Positions 20,846 through 34,676 are shown, counted from the first letter of the stretch. The stretch is DNA of 64,000 nt from Ylistrum balloti (GCF_031769215.1 NW_026781921.1:1426001-1490000); one strand, 5' to 3'. The notes: generated from the letters alone by a model not told the origin. Numbers and translations are program-made.

Positions 20846-20928
20846 CTGGAAGAGAGTATAGCCTGTGTACAGCTCAAAGATGATACAACCCACACTCCAC
20901 ACATCACAGGGTTGTGACCAGCCAAGTT
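20846..20928 (-). CDS. CLK2: CLK exon [27 protein letters not shown] (subdomain IX), 83 nt
   Basis: tttcag|AA ... CAG|gtaatt. Confidence 0.97.
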
Positions 20929-20929
20929 C

Positions 20930-21140
20930 TGAAACCACAAAATACAAACATAAAATTTTAACAGCCCCCAAATTCCCACTAATCACTGTTCTCTTCGATC
21001 ATCCAAGCTCTCAAACCCATCATACAAACAAAAACTCAAACAGCCCCGAAATTCTCACTCATCATTGTTCTCTTTATCAGCCCTGATTTGAAACCACAAC
21101 ATACAAACATAGAACTAAAATATCACAAAAATTCACTGTT
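20930..21140. repeat. Degenerate ~80-bp triplication abutting an exon acceptor
   Basis: atacaaaca at 20942, 21022, 21101. Confidence 0.7.
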
Positions 21141-21341
21141 CATAATATCAACAAGTTGGCAGTAATACAGAGTATTTATCATTCACAATAAGTAAACCAT
21201 ATTTTTTCAGCATACATTTTTTTTAATATCATAATATGCATGATTAATAAATTGAGTTTTTTTTTCTAAAATGTCAATACGTTTTAAAAGGTTAGGGATA
21301 GAACTGCCTACTCATCAAATAACTACTAGATATCCACTTAC

Positions 21342-21471
21342 CTAAGATGACCTCTGGTGCTCTGTAGTGACGTGTAGATACAATAGTACTATGATGTTCA
21401 TGGTCAAATGTGGCAGATCCAAAGTCTATCAGCCGAATATCTGTGTTCTTCACTGTAAACTCGTCTCTTTT
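21342..21471 (-). CDS. CLK2: CLK exon [43 protein letters not shown](E) (DFG, activation segment), 130 nt
   Basis: ctgtag|AAA ... G|gtaagt. Confidence 0.97.
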
Positions 21472-21722
21472 CTACAGAAAGAAAAATATGGTTTTAAGTA
21501 CACTCTCATATACAACTAACCAATAGTAGGATTTAAATGTACCTCAATTTTCCCCAAGAAAATAGGACAAATACAGCATGATGACATGTCCATTAAGTCT
21601 GCAAAAAAGGCAACTAAAAGCAAGGATTCTACGTCCATGAAGTATGAGTAAGGTTTAAATGTATGTGATTTTCAGCAAAATGGTTTTATTACAACCTTTA
21701 ATGATCACTATCATCTACTCAC

Positions 21723-21817
21723 CTTTCGTGCATTGAAGGTGACATCTGCATCTGAATTAACAAACAGTATATTCTCTGGTTTCAGATCTGTGTGGGTCAG
21801 CTGATTCTCATGCAAAA
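21723..21817 (-). CDS. CLK2: CLK exon [31 protein letters not shown] (catalytic loop), 95 nt
   Basis: ttgcag|TT ... AAG|gtgagt; HTDLKPEN. Confidence 0.97.
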
Positions 21818-21909
21818 CTGCAAAACAGAACAAACATCCTGAATCACTGACATGAAAGATAATTAAATCAATTTCCATTATGTACTCAACATTTTTGTTT
21901 CCAAATCAT

Positions 21910-22140
21910 CTACACCCCTCCATTGTACAACCTACTTCTGGAGAGTGTATCTAGGACCACCTACACCTCCCCCCTGTACACCCTCATCCTAAAGTGTATC
22001 TAGGACCACCTACACCACCCCTGTATACCCTCATCCTACAGACAGTGTATCTAGGACCACCTACACCTCCCACCTGTACACCCTCCTCCTACAGACAGTG
22101 TATCTTGGATCACCTACACCTCCCCCCTGTACAACCTCTT
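21910..22140. repeat. ~50-bp tandem repeat, ~4.5 copies
   Basis: gtgtatct at 21945, 21994, 22045, 22098. Confidence 0.9.
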
Positions 22141-23042
22141 CCCACAGATGACATATCTCTGGCCATCAGCACCTGTCAGTACTTTATCCAATGTTCATCA
22201 GGGTTGATCAAATTTTCTTCTTTTTTTTTTATTTAATGAATTAAAACTGTGAACCTGTGATATAACTCTAGTGTTAAACTCAAACCAGCTGCCAAATTTA
22301 ATCTCTCTGGTATGTGAGATCTGTGTTAACATGGTGTTTACAACTGGGTCTTAAGTACAGTATTACTAAGACTCCTGTTCTTATACTTGAATGAAGAGTA
22401 TAAATTCTTTACTTGGTCTGTCATGAACTGTTTCCGAGGCTAGCTTCCAAGTTTAAGTACAGGTTAGCACTGCATTAGTATTGGTAGTTATGAGATTCGA
22501 CAGTATTACAAGTCTTAAGTAATTTAATCAGCTGTTCAATACTAAGGAGTTTAAGTGTTCAGTACCTGCATGTCCGTACAGTGACTTGATAAAAAATCTC
22601 GTTATCTTTGAAACAATCCAAAATATAGGAATACAAAAACAAGTCAGCCTAAAAATTTATCATAGAATTCTGAAGATTTATAAACAGACATTGAAACATT
22701 ATCTTTAACACAAAAACAGACCATAAAAAAAGCTAACAGACAAAAGAGTGACTCCTCGTACTTTCTGGGTATTCTTCTATAAAATCCTGTTGTGTTTATA
22801 ATTGTCTTATCTCAGCCATGTGTTGAGATAGTTAACTTGAAAACTATTTCTGATCAAATGTTTAATAGAAATGTGTTCCGACTTTCCTAATCTGATTTAC
22901 CATTTAACCCTGAACATCTGTAAAACCTCATGATATTATCTAAACACCTAGCATGTAGACTGGAATTGAGGCAGTATTATAGCATCCACTATCACACAAA
23001 TTCCCTTTTTTTTTTTACTATATTCCACTTCTATAAAATATG

Positions 23043-23826
23043 AAAATATCAACGTTTTTCGTATGGGTACTTACAGTTGACTGTGTGACATAATTGTTAA
23101 AATATCAACGTTTTTCGTATGGGTACTTACAGTTGACTGTGTCACATAATTGTTAAAATATCAACGTTTTTCGTATGGGTACTTACAGTTGACTGTGTCA
23201 CATAATTGTTAAAATATCAACGTTTTTCGTATGGATACTTACAGTTGACTGTGTGACATAATTGTTAAAATATCAACGTTTTTCGTATGGGTACTTACAG
23301 TTGACTGTGTGACATAATTGTTAAAATATCAACGTTTTTCGTATGGGTACTTACAGTTGACTGTGTGACATAATTGTTAAAATATCAACGTTTTTCGTAT
23401 GGGTATTTACAGTTGACTGTGTGACATAATTGTTAAAATATCAACGTTTTTCGTATGGGTACTTACAGTTGACTGTGTCACATAATTGTTAAAATATCAA
23501 CGTTTTTCGTATGGATACTTACAGTTGACTGTGTGACATAATTGTTAAAATATCAACGTTTTTCGTATGGGTACTTACAGTTGACTGTGTCACATAATTG
23601 TTAAAATATCAACGTTTTTCGTATGGATACTTACAGTTGACTGTGTGACATAATTGTTAAAATATCAACGTTTTTCGTATGGGTACTTATAGTTGACTGT
23701 GTGACATAATTGTTAAAATATCAACGTTTTTCGTATGGGTTCTTACAGTTGACTGTGTGACATAGTTGTTAAAATATCAACGTTTTTCCTATGGATACTC
23801 ACAGTTGACTGCGTAACATAGTTGGT
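23043..23826. repeat. 56-bp minisatellite, 14 copies, built from the exon/intron junction at 23802/23803
   Basis: Unit starts at 23043+56n. The last copy (23771) contains the native donor. Confidence 0.97.
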
Positions 23827-23878
23827 ATGCCATATGTCGGACATGTTCTACTGGGTAGGGTATGTAGTGGTTATCTTT
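23803..23878 (-). CDS. CLK2: CLK exon KDNHYIPYPVEHVRHMAYQLCYAVN(F), 76 nt
   Basis: ttacag|AAA ... T|gtgagt. Confidence 0.95.
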
Positions 23879-24492
23879 CTGTAATACACAAAACACCACA
23901 CATACTATAGCAAAAACCGAGCTATCAATCAATCAATCAAGTATTCTTAGTCATCATAAATTTTACACCACATTTGATTGGTTAATCAAAATCATTGTTA
24001 TGGCATAACTAAAATTAATCATCTGTGCCATTCTATTTATTAATTGGATGATAATTGTGTAAACATCAATGACTACCGACACATAATGATGGATACATAA
24101 CAGATTGCTGCTTATACCAGAGTCCGTAAAAAGACCTTGAAAAATTAATCAATATTGCCTTCGTCTGTTAATCCTACCGACATAAATCATATATGGCAGA
24201 CTGACCTGAACTTCTTGAAAGTATATAAAAAGCTAAAACTCTTTCTCTATTACCTGATCTTTAAAGAACACAGATAACTGAAACATTCACAAGTGTTGGT
24301 AAATCACGACTGTACAAAAATATAACAACCCAAACCTCAAAATGACAGTATTACCATCTTATTATCTAACATAGTTGTGTATGATTTGTACCTGCTATTA
24401 TAACAATGATTTTTTTTTAAATGTCTCTGGTTTACATGTGTATGTAAGGTTTTTTCACAAACACAAGTACTTATGATAAGAAAAAAACTTAC

Positions 24493-24583
24493 CAGGAAGT
24501 CGAAGACGCTGAGGCCCAACATTTCAAATGCTATACAGACGTGCCCATGGTAGTCAAACCACTCTATTGTGTTGACACAAAGG
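24493..24583 (-). CDS. CLK2: CLK exon [30 protein letters not shown] (hinge), 91 nt
   Basis: tttcag|C ... CTG|gtaagt. Confidence 0.96.
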
Positions 24584-25261
24584 CTGAAATTCAAATCACA
24601 CAGTAACAATGAAAATGCCAGGAAAGTCAGATATGTCTAGAAAAGTCGGATAAAAACACATATTGAGAAGCAATTTCATGTATTGAACCCATATGCTGCG
24701 TAATGGTTTGCACCGAGTGTTTCATAACAGATTAAGATTAGATACAATCCTTTTGTCTATCTGAAACAGAACTCTGAAAATAAAAGTGTTTTTCATTTCT
24801 ACATTTAAAACTTTTTCTTATCAGAATGGATTAAAGCTTTTTCCTAAACTGGATCACTACCATGTAAAAACCTACAGTCTGAATGAACGAAAAAATAAAA
24901 TAAAAAAAAAGACCTGATTAATATCTTTCTATCTTTTATCTTATAAATTATTAACATGAAGATGACAGGGATGTCAATTCAAAAGATTATTTTTCTTATT
25001 CCATATTCAAATTTCAAATAAGCAAATCATTTTCATAACAATTCCACATGGTACAAATTTTTTCAGGAGGCAGTCCGTAACCAATACGGAACAGAACAGT
25101 GCTTCGGTCATGGTCATTTAATATAATGCTTCATCTTAAATTTAACAACTAGCTTTTTTAGTATTTCAACATTGCAGAAAATAGCAAAGTCGAAAGAAAA
25201 TGTTACTCTGGCAGACAGGATGATAAATATATTAAACACATTGAACAACTTGTCTACTCAC

Positions 25262-25378
25262 TATTGTCCGTTTGGGTCTTTGGCTCGGAGTTTCTCCAAA
25301 ACATTGATTTCCAGCTTGGCAGCCTCTCGATACTTCTCAATATTTTTAATGATCTTCAGTGCTAACCGTTCTCCATTC
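25262..25378 (-). CDS. CLK2: CLK exon NGERLALKIIKNIEKYREAAKLEINVLEKLRAKDPNGQ(Y), beta3 Lys and alphaC Glu, 117 nt
   Basis: tttcag|G ... TA|gtgagt; follows an 18,378-nt intron, phases match. Confidence 0.96.
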
Positions 25379-26060
25379 CTGAAAGGATTGAAAGATACAA
25401 TCTTGGTGAATGAAAAGTCAGGTGAAGAACTATCCTTGACATTTAAGTTAACCTATGATAAAGTTAACTTATAATATGTTGCTGTCAAAACATCAAAACT
25501 CCGAAACAGATTTGTTCAATTTCACCACATCAAACAATCACACCACAGAAACCATTTTATCAACTGATTGCATCCTATTGCAAATAATACCTGATAGCCC
25601 ATTGTTTTTGCGGGGATGATATTTTGCAATTTTACAGTACATTAAAGATACCATGAAATTGAGTCTGTGAAATAATATGACGTGTAAAAGATGTCCTTTT
25701 TACGTCTAGAGTGCAAAATTTTAATTCATTTGACGGTTTGGAAAGAAAATTGCAAAAATTTTGACCTGCAAAATTTAATTAATTGAAATATCACTTGATC
25801 GTTTGGAAAGGAAATTGTGAAAATTTTGACCTGCAAAAATTACCAACTATATGGTACTTATACAAGAATTGCCACTAAATCATTAACCAAAACCACCGAG
25901 ACATGGCATCATTGTGTACCCTTCTTCAATTCAGTGAGCTAGAGGGAACAACTGATACAGTTAACACTACTAGGCACATAGATATACACTGCTTTAAGTC
26001 TATGTCCAATGTCATTGTTAACAGCGATTTCCAGTAAGGCTTGATCAAACATCTACATTT

Positions 26061-26215
26061 CCACCATGCAAGTGATTGTTTCAGATTAAATCTTTGGAAG
26101 ATATTTAACTTTTCGACTTTCTTCACAAAAACATCCACATTTCCGCCATGCAAGTGATTGTTTCAGATTAAATCTTTGCAAGATATTTAGCTTTTCGACT
26201 TTCTTCACAAAAGCG
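26061..26215. repeat. ~80-bp direct duplication (ccatgcaagtgattgtttcagattaaatctttg...)
   Basis: Two near-identical copies. Confidence 0.85.
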
Positions 26216-29200
26216 CATGAAAATATCTCATACATAATTGATTGATGACAGACTGCGATACATCAGCTTGATTTTTTTCTCATCGTCCCGCAAACTGTGG
26301 ATGGAACCCATCAATATCTCAGTGTTGATACATACTGATCAACATCTTCCAGGAACTTTATCTTATCCATTTGGGACGAAACAGAGATAGATGTGCAGTA
26401 AGATGTTTTTGAGTGTGTTGAAGAATACCATCCCCAGCAGCAGCATGTATTCACATGTTTGTATTTAACAGTTTGCAGTTTTTCTTCCTTTTTCACAAAT
26501 TTCCTTGATATAAATTTTCCTATCTTATCTATTCTATCTTAATCTTGTATCATATTAATTTGAAATATCTCCGAAATCTACATTAGTAAATTGACAATAC
26601 AGCTAAATCAGCAACATTTATCTTAATCAAGCTGATTTTATCTGGTTTAACTGCAGAAGCAATAACCGATCAATCTATATTGATGTCAAGAAAATGTTCC
26701 TACATTTGGATGCTAACTGACACAATAACATTGTCTTGACATGAGCTGAATTATCCCTACAGTTCCAAGATAGCAGGGCTGTGATGGGTATAGAATCCCC
26801 AGTATTTTACTACCCAACCTGTATCTGTGTTACACACTTTACAGCACCCTTACATGAAACTAGTGTCTACATAAGGGTGCAGTAAAGTTCTGTGATGCCC
26901 AGCTGATGTATTCCTCAATGAATAAAAAAGTCTGGCTGTAAAATATCGTTATCAGCAAGATAAGATGACTATGAGAATGTCTGGCAGGGTTGACTGGCTT
27001 TAATAAAGGATGTTGATTCGGTGTTGAAACTAGTCAACGTCCTTGATTAAAGTCGTCCTTGATTAAAGTCGATCAAAACTGTCAGACGTCGTCATGGCCA
27101 TCTTTATCTATTGATACTTTTGTTGAGTTGGGCTTAAAACTGAAGAGATGGGTGAACTAGACTTCCTTGACATCACTGTAAACACTTGGATCACAAGTCA
27201 GAAGTTTTATTATGTCTGATGAGCTTACCAACATGTACACACATTAACTCACACAACAGCAATTAATCTCATTTGGCCTACCTCTTGTGTTCTTACCCAT
27301 ACAACATCAGTAATCTTTTAAGAACACAAATCTGACATAAAGGATATTCTCATGATGAAATACAGATGTGGTAAAACAAACGATGCCTGTGAACATTTCA
27401 AAAAAAGATCAAGTAGTATCCTTTGTGAATGAGATCAGTAAATAAGCGAGATATTGTATCAATTTAATCAGTTTTAAGAAATGTTTCCCATTATGATGGT
27501 ATCCATGTACAGCGGACCTTCAATAATCCTGACACTTTTGTTCCCGGCCAAAAAGTGTCCGTACAAGAAATTTTCCCGACTGTGGAGTTTAGTCAACCGG
27601 CCAATATAACTAGAGCTATCTTCCTTTATTACCAGACGATAAAATTGTCAATATGATGCTGTTGGTTGTTTTCAGACTGCAAATACAGGTATTTATATAC
27701 GTCTTTCATTGTCAAAGTAACTTTCATTTTCTATAATAAATGTACATGAATTAAATTTAGGAAATGAAAGTTGTTCTTACTCATTGAAGTCCAATACTGC
27801 GGATGATTTATTTAATGTCTGCTCAATATCAAGTGATATTTTACTAAAAAAATTGATAACTTCTGATTTCTTCATATGATATGCACTACAAACAGTGTAT
27901 TTTTGTTTGTTTTTAGCACAATTCGGATGCTAATTCTGCAATGACTAAGACAATGAGTTGTCATCTGGAACTATTCTACATTTATAATTAAGTGATTTTG
28001 TTGAATTGACTGCATAATGATCACTATAACTACAGATTTGAAAACAATAAAATAGCGTTGTTTAAAAACTGAAGATATTTATTTTTCTCAATTCACTTTT
28101 ATATGTATTGACTGATTTTTCTCTCAATTCAACTTTTACTGACTGATAACTTGGAAATCCATGCCATGTTTTTCTACCTTAATTATGTGTAAGTATTGAG
28201 GGACAAGGGCCAATATTTTATTTATTTGTATTTCTATGGTCTATAACCAATGTTTATTACATCTTTTTCTTTATTTTATCTCATGAACAATATACCATCA
28301 TTACTATCAATGTTTAAAACTATAATGAAATGCAGAACAATGTGTTTTCTTTATACAGAACTTGCTATATATGAATATATTGGATAATTTAGGATTAACT
28401 GCCACACAGAAAACAAGACCAGACTTTGATATTTTCTTTACAATTAATTCACTTTGTCCTATATAGAAGTACTGCTAAATAACATTGGTAAATGTTTCCG
28501 GTGTTCATCTTTCTGGGGTTGCTTTGACTACAGTGTTTGGTAGTATGCTGTACACCTCTGGTAAAGGTGACGGAAAAAAACAGATTTTCCGAAAAAGTAT
28601 TTCCAGACTGGTAAGTAAAATGAACCCCATGGAAATCTGTTCCCCAACATTTCTGTCCTTATAGCCAGATTTCCAGACTATCGGCATTCAGATTATCGCA
28701 ATTCCATTGTACTTGTGAACAACTCTGTTTACTTCTCCAACCGGACTCTTGTCCAAGGGGACACTTGAATACACAATCCAGCCCTACTTAACAATGAATA
28801 CTTTAATGTGTTACATTGTACAAGGTAAAACTAAGGCTAAAATTTCCTTATTGTACAGTAAAAACCGTTTAAATGTTAGTCTCCTATTATATACTGTGTA
28901 GTTGTTTATTTTTGCAGGGCTGGTATTCACTATGGTTTTGTTTTGGCTCGTTCAAGATATTACATTTCCTGCATGTCTATATACTGATATGCAAGTATGA
29001 AGGCATGTAATACATCATTTGTGAGATATAAGTACACCGTAAATATGTTTGCCAATCTTTAATTTCATGCTATCCTTAATCGCTTTGAATGTCGTAAAAT
29101 ATTTGCATCCCGGGAGTGTATTCTCTATTTGGCTTCACCGACAAAATTGATGTTAACACTTTGGTAAACATCAAGTCTGACAACTTTTTCTGCCAAAATG

Positions 29201-29314
29201 GTATTAGCTATTCCATCAGGTGTCAGGCTGTTCCATCAGTTTATGTAACATCCAATGAATAATAAATTTTTTTTTAAGTAGCATGAACAATATCACTTTG
29301 TGTCTTACATTTCC

Positions 29315-29735
29315 CGAGGGACACACTGCCTTGATAACGCTGAAGCCATATCCTAAGTATTAAGTTCGCATGATTAGCTGTGTAGAAGATATGGCCCAGA
29401 CACACTTATTCTTTTACATAGGCTGAAGGATAAAAAAGGTCATAGAACAATGTACGGTCACCAAGATGACTCCATATTCCCAAGTAATAAGCTCCTATTA
29501 TAACAAGTGTAGAAGTGGGTCAAATTTTGATATAGGTCAAGGTCAAAATGTAGATCAGTGACCTACTTTTTTGACAGGCAACATATCATCCCATCAAGGT
29601 GAACCAATATCTTTGGTATTAAGTTCCCATGATTAGTTATGTAAAAGATAGGGACTGGACAAGATAGCCAAAGGACTGAAAGAGAGATGAAATGCAATAC
29701 TATAGTCCCCTCTGATTCTTAGTGGAGGACTGGTA
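29315..29735. mobile_element. Degraded non-autonomous dispersed element(s)
   Basis: ggtcaaggtca motifs and the terminal tatagtcccctctg...gaggac hairpin. Confidence 0.35.
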
Positions 29736-30724
29736 GCAAACAAATATCTGTCAAAACACAAATATATGAAACAGCTTTTCTTTCTTGTTGTTTACTGGTG
29801 TGTATTTTTAAAGATATCTAAATATCACAGTAAAATATGTCATTTAAAAAATCTTAAAAATGAAGTTTTCACACGAGTTACAGAAAGAAAGGAAAACATA
29901 TTTTAATTACCAACTGTGCAGTACATAATTATGCACATGTTTTTTTTTCTAAAGTTTCCTTCAGTACATATCTGATCATTAGTTTGACAGCTTACTTCCA
30001 ATATCCTACAATCTGATAAAATGTATGTTTTTAGCAATTTACTGTTTAATAAATATGTTTAAGGCAACCATGTACACATATTTGATACCATGTTAAATAA
30101 CACTGTACATGGCCATTTAATATATCCTATATCTATATATATAGAATTCATCACATTTTCACTATATATATATATATATACACGTATATACCATTAATGG
30201 CAGAGCTACTACACAGTGGAATCTAACTTGTACATAAAGAGAGCCTTCAACCTACAACCAAATCCAATATTCTGCATGCACCAGGCATAGTTATAAGAAA
30301 ATAAAGAATGAAACATATGTGATAATTATATTCTCTTAGCAAAGAACCAGAAAAAAAAGCCTGGTTTCTATAGGCAGACTGAAGTTGGTTGCCACTTTTG
30401 CTCAATGCCATGCATTCGTTTTCCCGCGATACCCATTTCAAGAGAACTGAGGTGTTTATAGAGCAGGAGTGAAACATTGATACAGACAAAGCCCTAGAGA
30501 CAAAGCTGCAGCGTTGATGAGAAAACAGTAGAGGTGTTGATACAGACACAAGCGAGGTGATGATGACGACAAGCAAAGACGTTGATGTTTGAGTTTCAAG
30601 AAAACAAAGAAAGATAAGATGTTTAGAATGATGAAGAGATAGAATATTCTTTTAAAACTATACACATCAATATTAAGTATTATCTGATAACATAAGAAAC
30701 TTCAAGAATAGATGATTCCCTCTA

Positions 30725-32320
30725 CATCAGATTTTTTCCATGTAAAATTCCCTCCTCTAGTAAGGGTCTGAAACATCAGATTTTTTCCCTGTTTAATTCC
30801 CACCTCTAGTAAGGGTCAGAAACATCAGATTTTTTCCGTGTTAAATTCCCCCCTCTAGCAAGGGTCTGTTTAATTCCCCCCTCTAGTAAGGGTCTGAAAC
30901 ATCAGATGTTTTCCCTGTTTAATTCCCCCCTCTTGTAAGGGTCTGAAACATCAGATGTTTTCCCTGTTTAATTCCCCCCTCTAGTAAGGGTCTGAAACAT
31001 CAGATGTTTTCCCTGTTTAATTCCCCCCTCTAGTAAGGGTCTGAAACATCAGATGTTTTCCCTGTTTAATTCCCCCCTCTAGTAAGGGTCTGAAACATCA
31101 GATGTTTTCCCTGTTTAATTCCCCCCTCTAGTAAGGGTCTGAAACATCAGATGTTTTCCCTGTTTAATTCCCCCCTCTAGTAAGGGTCTGAAACATCAGA
31201 TTTTTTCCCTGTTAAATTCCCCCCTCTAGTAAGGGTCTGAAACATCAGATTTTTTCCATGTTAAATTCCCTCCTCTAGTAAGAGTCAGAAACATCAGATT
31301 TTTTCCCTGTTTAATTCCCCCCTCTAGTAAGTGTCTGAAACATCAGATTTTTTCCCTGTTTAATTCCCACCTCTAGTAAGGGTCAGAAACATCAGATTTT
31401 TTCCGTGTTAAATTCCCCCCTCTAGTAAGGGTCTGTTTAATTCCCCCCTCTAGTAAGGGTCTGAAATATCAGATGTTTTCCCTGTTTAATTCCCCCCTCT
31501 AGTAAGGGTCTGAAACATCAGATGTTTTCCCTGTTTAATTCCCCCCTCTAGTAAGGGTCTGAAACATCAGATTTTTTCCCTGTTTAATTCCCCCCTCTAG
31601 TAAGGGTCTGAAACATCAGATTTTTTCCATGTTAAATTCCCCCCTCTAGTAAGGGTCTGAAACATCAGATTTTTTCCGTGTTTAATTCCCACCTCTAGTA
31701 AGGGTCAGAAACATCAGATTTTTTCCGTGTTTAATTCCCCCCTCTAGTAAGGGTCAGAAACATCAGATTTTTTCCGTGTTAAATTCCCCCCTCTAGTAAG
31801 GGTCTGAAACATCAGATTTTTTCCGTGTTAAATTCCCCCCTCTAGTAAGGGTCTGAAACATCAGAATTTTTCCGTGTTAAATTCCCCCCTCTAGTAAGGG
31901 TCTGAAACATCAGATTTTTTCCGTGTTAAATTCCCCCCTCTAGTAAGGGTCTGAAACATCAGATTTTTTCAATGTTAGATTCCCCCCTCTAGTAAGGGTC
32001 TGAAACATCAGATTTTTTCAATGTTAGATTCCCCCCTCTAGTAAGGGTCTGAAACATCAGATGTTTTCCGTGTTAAATTCCCCCCTCTAGTAAGGGTCTG
32101 AAACATCAGAATTTTTCCGTGTTAAATTCCCCCCTCTAGTAAGGGTCTGAAACATCAGATTTTTTCCGTGTTAAATTCCCACCTCTAGTAAGGGTCTGAA
32201 AGCATCAGATTTTTGCCCTGTTAAATTCCCCCCTCTAGTAAGGGTCTGAAAGCATTAGATGTTTCCTATGTTAAATCCGACCTCTGGTAAGCATCAGATT
32301 TTTTCCATGTTAAATTCACC
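30725..32320. repeat. Minisatellite, 49-bp unit (agtaagggtctgaaacatcagatgttttccctgtttaattcccccctct), ~33 copies
   Basis: agtaaggg at 31081, 31130, ... Confidence 0.97.
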
Positions 32321-33704
32321 CTCCTGCTACTTTGGGGGCTGACAGCACCAGATCTTTTTCTGTTTTCATGTACCTTTGTACAAATCTCTTGGATGATATA
32401 TAATTCTTAGCCTACCTTCTAACCACACAACTGTTGGAGAGCTATTTTAGTAATCACAGATGGTAGAGAGATGAACTTATTCCTGGCTATCTCATTCCCA
32501 TTCCAAACCTACCAAAACACATCCACAGGACTTACACTTCATCTCCAGTACGATAATCTAACTTCATTATCTTTTTATTAATGTCTTTCAGTTTAATGAC
32601 CTGGAAAATCTCAGAAACATCATGATTTGCGTGGTTTCTTTCTAAAATGAAAATTATGAAAAATCTTTAAACAATATTTTTTTTCTTCTACTGACCTTAG
32701 TAAAGATAAAAGTATTCACATTTGGTGTTGATTTTTAATTAACTTTTGGTGATAAACCAATTACAGAACAAACAGAGCCTACAGTGAAGGTGTCTGTCTA
32801 TAAAGGACAACAGCATCTGTGTAAATGTCACTGTATATATGAATAACTAATGATCTACTACTCAAAATAGTCAGGCACAGTTGGAGCAAGTCAATGTTTT
32901 CAAACAGAAAAATATATTATGACGAATGTTTTCCAAATCAACATCAAGCAATTAACACATACAACACTACATATGGCCTGAAATCAGCATTTGTTAATAT
33001 ATGGAAGATCCTTCTAAACAGTAACAATTCTACACTCTCCATTTCCTTTCATAACTAACAGGAATTGTTTTAAGTGTTTTTTTCCTTTAAGAAACTTGTC
33101 AGATTATGTATAGTTTTGTTTGGAAGAGGAACCACTTGGTTTCTATACCAGACTGAAGTGTTTTGATATGTCAGTGGGTCTACATCTACTGGTGGTTTAC
33201 ATAGTCCCACAACCTATATATAAACACTATCAGGTCAGGTAATGGCTACAGTAAAGGTTAGGCTCCTTTTTATAAATCTAGATGTTGCCCTGGTGTACAT
33301 CTGCATTTGACTGCAATACACTAGGACCATCATTACATCTGATACATCAAGAATGCTAATTACAGAGGGCTGGCAACATCAAAGTCCAGACCATTAACAA
33401 AGCAATTCTGGGCAATAATTAATTCAAGTTTAATTCTTTTGCTCTCATATGTTTCAATATCAGATACTCTGAGAAAACAAAATGCTTTACATCCAAAAGA
33501 ATTTAATAGTTTACTTTTGCCAAATGATTTAAAATTTAAAATTAAATTACAGCCAAACTTTTATATTAATATTTTTCTCGTTATTTGTCAAAAGTTTCAA
33601 GTTCTTAGAAGTAATTCACACCAACAAAAAAATATCCTGAATCCTCCACCAGCCGTACACATATTCAGTTACAAATGATAAAATCATTCCTTGTAGAGTA
33701 TATA

Positions 33705-33960
33705 TGTATCAGGGGTCCATAAGCACTCGGTAGGTATAACAACAGCCCACACAACCCCTGGTGGAGATACAAACTGCAACTTTGATGCTGTCTACCTATA
33801 CCAGTCTGTGCTTTCCTGGTCATGCCCCTCGGTAAAATGCTTTACCCTACTTGCTCTGGATGCAAGGGCTTTCCCTCATTAACCATGAGATAATACAAAG
33901 TGACCTTGCCTCCAAATGACCTTGGATGTTAACATGGTGATAAGCCCAGCAAACAAACCA
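33705..33960 (+). mobile_element. Degraded SINE-like remnant
   Basis: GC-richer block ending ggatgttaac...cagcaaacaaac, a tail style typical of mollusc SINEs. Pattern recognition only. Confidence 0.3.
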
Positions 33961-34601
33961 TGTGTATCACAAAAGGATAATCCTCGACAATAACTGTCAA
34001 ATTAACAATGAAGTATATGTGTTCACCAAAAATAGACTGTGAGGATAACACGGTTGAACAACCTAAAGGCTGTAATTTCCACACATAATGATCAGTAACT
34101 ATTAATCCTCACCCTTAAGGCCTTAGTCATCTGTCTGTATCTTTAATCTCCCCCACTCCCACAAAACCCCCCTCTCTCCCTTTATTGTACTACAGTACCC
34201 CAGAACATCAGGTTTCTTCATCCTTCATAGGATAGGTTAGAACTAAATACACTCACAAAAATCTGCCAACTTTTCGGTCATGCTGGCGACTAGGCTACAG
34301 TTACCTACTGGCCGATATCCAAGCACTTTCTGTATTGTTATTATAGGAAAGCACTAGTGACAAGAAACACTTCCATTTTTTACCTAAGGTCTTAACTAGT
34401 AATCATTGAAGGTATACGGACCTTGTATGATAAATCTTGTAAATATCTCTTAAATCCTCAAATGTATTTGTTCTAAATATTATTTTGCAACAGAATTCGC
34501 CATTAAGTTTTTAAATTTAAATTTGAATCACATAAAACATATTTAAATATCATGGAATTTACGGAATCTCTAGCTCTTCCTAAAGACAATTTACAACTCA
34601 C

Positions 34602-34676
34602 CATAGATAAATGTTAATGGCCATCTCCTACTATCCTAGTGTCAAGTTATCTCCCCTTGAGATCACCACTACAACA
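34602..34676 (-). other. Candidate 75-nt phase 2-2 exon (poison cassette or alternative first exon; MAINIYL-W joins NGERLALK)
   Basis: cctgcag| acceptor, TG|gtgagt donor, in-frame TAG TAG followed by GAG ATG G. Confidence 0.3.

Noticed and set aside
28505-28687. 60-aa ORF as a hidden exon
   Set aside because: No phase-compatible splice sites and no recognisable similarity.
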